Below are positions 61,709-64,000 of a stretch of DNA of 64,000 bases, piece after piece. Within the stretch, counting starts at the first letter, position 1; every line of letters begins with the position of its first letter. Position numbers and translations under genes: made by a program. Source of the DNA: Nitrososphaerota archaeon (GTDB lineage Archaea; Thermoproteota; Nitrososphaeria_A; Caldarchaeales; Caldarchaeaceae); contig JBEPYN010000001.1 in the NCBI GenBank assembly GCA_041641305.1, positions 128,001 through 192,000 on the forward strand. Reading direction: 5' to 3'. Under the pieces are notes generated by a model, which did no database searches, was not told the origin of the DNA, and saw only the letters and a program-made list of their open reading frames with translations.

Positions 61709-62947
61709 TTGTATCGTAGAATTACAAGATTTACGGATGTTTGGGATGCCCAGAAGCTGTTGCTGGAGCATCTGAGCCCCATCGGGGATTATGAAGTTGT
61801 TCCGGTTTTTCGGGCTGTTGACCGGGTGGTTTATGAGCCTGTTGTGTCGCTATCGGACCTGCCGCCACACAACGCATCACACATGGACGGCTACGCAGTC
61901 AACTCAGCCTTTCTCCAAAACGCATCCCCCACAAACCCAGTCAAACTGAAAAATATCGGCATCTGTTATGCGGGGAAGAGGCCAGAATTTAGGGTAGGCG
62001 CTGGTGAAACGGCCCGCATCCTCACAGGCGCTTATTTGCCTGAGGGATGTGACGCGGTCGTTCCTCAGGAATATGTCTCTGTAGAGGGTGAGTATGTGGT
62101 TTTCACATCTCCTGCTGAACCGTATCAATATGTTGACATGAGGGGGTTCGATGTCGCTGCGGGCCAGACTTTGTTTGAGAGGGGGAGGGTTCTAAAGGTG
62201 GCTGATGTGGCTTTGGCGGCCGCCCTCGGCTTCGAGGAATTGAAAGTGGTCAGGAGACCAAGGGTTGGAATTATCGCTGTCGGTGATGAGCTGACAGATG
62301 ATTTCTCAGAAGCTAAGTGTGGAAAAGTGCTCAACACACATAGCCACATCGTCGCACGGCTTGTCGAGGCAGCGGGAGGCGAGCCGCTTTTCCTAGGCAT
62401 AGTCCCCGACAACCGGGAGGCCTTCATGCAGCTACTCAAAAACCACATTCAGCAACTGGACCTACTCCTATCGATAGCAGGTTCATCGGTCAGCGAGAGA
62501 GATGTCTCTTCAATCCTCGCCTCCGAGAACAAGCTATACATTCACGGGTTAACCCTTCAACCGGGAAGGGTGGGAGGCTTTACCTTCCTCGGAGATAAGC
62601 CCTTCATTTTTCTACCGGGCCTGATCATGTCGACGCTCAACGTCTTCATGTTCCTCGCATATCCCGCTTTGAGGCGGCTTCTGCATCAGGAGCCTCGTTA
62701 CTATCATCACAGGGCCAGAGCTGTGCTGGCGGAGGACATCACCTTCAGAAAATACCATGACTTTGTCAAGGTTGTCTGGGTGAGGGTCAGGGAAGAGGAT
62801 GAGGAGCTGAGATGCTATCCTGTTTTGGGCGAGTCGAGCGGAATGAGCATTCCATCGCGTTCAGACGGGTTCATCACAGCGCCTCCGGGAATAGCCAGCC
62901 TCAGGGCTGGGGAGAAGATTTGGGTCAACTTTCCCCCCGCGCTCTAG
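61709..62947 (+). CDS. moeA: Molybdopterin molybdotransferase
   Basis: SHMDGYAV, ILTGAYLPEGCDAVVP.E, GDEL, LPG. Confidence 0.9.
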   Translation: MYRRITRFTDVWDAQKLLLEHLSPIGDYEVVPVFRAVDRVVYEPVVSLSDLPPHNASHMDGYAVNSAFLQNASPTNPVKLKNIGICYAGKRPEFRVGAGETARILTGAYLPEGCDAVVPQEYVSVEGEYVVFTSPAEPYQYVDMRGFDVAAGQTLFERGRVLKVADVALAAALGFEELKVVRRPRVGIIAVGDELTDDFSEAKCGKVLNTHSHIVARLVEAAGGEPLFLGIVPDNREAFMQLLKNHIQQLDLLLSIAGSSVSERDVSSILASENKLYIHGLTLQPGRVGGFTFLGDKPFIFLPGLIMSTLNVFMFLAYPALRRLLHQEPRYYHHRARAVLAEDITFRKYHDFVKVVWVRVREEDEELRCYPVLGESSGMSIPSRSDGFITAPPGIASLRAGEKIWVNFPPAL

Positions 62948-62952
62948 GAAAG

Positions 62953-63010
62953 GGGTCGGCTCGGCTCTTCCTGCATCACATTTCAGTCTGGGGCAGCGGC
63001 CTCATCCCCC
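62953..63010 (-). ncRNA. Box C/D guide sRNA, predicted 23S rRNA targets (G2251 and ~G2509 equivalents, E. coli numbering)
   Basis: GGG-GGAUGA(C)-guide-CUGA(D')-AA-UGUGA(C')-guide-CCGA(D)-CCC; terminal stem; both guides complement conserved 23S segments. Confidence 0.75.
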
Positions 63011-63054
63011 AGACACAGGTAACACCCTCAGCTATTATGCTTTGACGGGGATTC

Positions 63055-63067
63055 AAAAACCTTAAAA
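63055..63067. promoter_or_regulatory. Candidate BRE/TATA element between sRNA and acidic micro-ORF
   Basis: AAAAACCTTAAAA about 25-30 bp before GTG 63093; reads TTTTAAGG on the minus strand. Confidence 0.4.
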
Positions 63068-63101
63068 CAGGGCTGTTTTCCTTATTCGCCGCGTGACCGA
63101 A

Positions 63102-63215
63102 ATGTTCGGCGAAAAGATCCTCTGGGCTGAAGAAGAAGAGGAGTTCGAAGAAGAGTGGGAAGAGGAAGATTTCGAGGAAGAAGAGTGGGAAGAGGAGGAA
63201 GAGGAGGAGTTTTAG
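63102..63215 (+). CDS. Hyper-acidic micro-protein, 37 aa (40 aa from GTG 63093)
   Basis: MFGEKILWAEEEEEFEEEWEEEDFEEEEWEEEEEEEF*; mixed GAA/GAG codons; stop abuts the convergent gene's stop. Confidence 0.65.
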   Translation: MFGEKILWAEEEEEFEEEWEEEDFEEEEWEEEEEEEF

Positions 63216-63500
63216 TTACTCTCCCGTTTCCTCTCCACCTTTTTTATGGGTATACAGTACTATGCTGGTTACGGCGCTCTTAACGCCCTGTATGGAGAGT
63301 ATTTTGTTTTTGAGGAATTCTCGGAACCCGCGGATGTCGTTCGTCTGAACGAAAAGGATTAGGTCGAACTCGCCTGTCACCTCGTATACGTCGAGAACCT
63401 CATCAAGCTTGCTGACCTGCTTGGCAACTTTCTCTATAGAGTTGCTGTCCACAAAGATGTGGATGATAGCTTTTACACCACCTATACTCAATCTATTCAC
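63216..63500 (-). CDS. Stand-alone Lrp/AsnC ligand-binding (RAM) domain protein
   Basis: VYEVTGEFDL, I..I.GV.S..TSIVL; no HTH. Confidence 0.85.
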   Translation of the reverse strand: MNRLSIGGVKAIIHIFVDSNSIEKVAKQVSKLDEVLDVYEVTGEFDLILFVQTNDIRGFREFLKNKILSIQGVKSAVTSIVLYTHKKGGEETGE

Positions 63501-63999
63501 CTACCCTCTTCAGCGAAAGAACCCTTCCCGGATACTTGGTTAAAAGGTTGTGTATGCTGACTTCGTGCCCTTTCTCCAGAGCAGATTTCTCGGGCCTCCT
63601 CTGTATGTATGCGACGAGGTCGACTTTTTCGCTGTCTAGCATCTCTGATACTTTTTCCTCAAAGTCTCCAACCTCGACAGCGTGGTCGACGACATACTTG
63701 TCGTGTTTCAGCCTTTTCTCCAACTCTGACAGGTCATGTGAGATATCCTCGCCAACCTTTTCCAGCTCGGGTTGTGACCATATTTTCGGCTCAACGATTG
63801 TGACAAGGCTGAGGTCGAACCTTTTGTCGAAGGCATGAATTATCGAGCGGTGGGCTGTTTCCATGTTCTCATAGGGTCTTATCAAAACGCCGACCTTTAA
63901 CCTGTAGCTAAGAGGCTCCACTAAGTCGGCCTCTTCTCTGCTAATTATCTTCAAACCTTTTCTGCGCCTGAACAAGATGTAGAACATGAAACCCCCCAC
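63493..63999 (-). CDS. C-terminal part of a membrane protein with USP-like domain (5' truncated; possibly amino-acid permease)
   Basis: Last TM plus RRRK, then V.VGD...I....VDL USP-like pattern. Confidence 0.5.
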   Translation of the reverse strand: MGGFMFYILFRRRKGLKIISREEADLVEPLSYRLKVGVLIRPYENMETAHRSIIHAFDKRFDLSLVTIVEPKIWSQPELEKVGEDISHDLSELEKRLKHDKYVVDHAVEVGDFEEKVSEMLDSEKVDLVAYIQRRPEKSALEKGHEVSIHNLLTKYPGRVLSLKRVGE

Positions 64000-64000
64000 C

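Overview
Gene-dense (~50% GC) archaeal core-chromosome segment. Gene content points to a TACK-group aerobic thermophile, most likely Aigarchaeota/Caldarchaeales (inferred from crenarchaeal-type SSB and arginine decarboxylase, class I LysRS, EgsA, TBP, exosome/proteasome superoperon, cox and lipoate genes). It holds about 75 CDS, mostly housekeeping and metabolic. I found no tRNA, rRNA, CRISPR array, integrase or transposase. Best leads: (1) an orphan SegB-like DNA-binding gene behind a ~420-bp AT-rich spacer full of palindromes (candidate centromere/partition locus); (2) an unannotated box C/D sRNA whose D' guide points to the 23S P-loop Gm2251 equivalent; (3) a divergent 37-40 aa hyper-acidic Trp/Phe-studded micro-ORF; (4) an orphan DNA methyltransferase split at a T6-CTT-TAA site resembling the prfB +1 frameshift; (5) a MoaD/SAMP protein whose Gly-Gly is masked by a 23-aa extension; (6) a coiled-coil/Zn-ribbon + wHTH + Hjc operon. 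All family calls are from motif recognition and memory; no searches were run.
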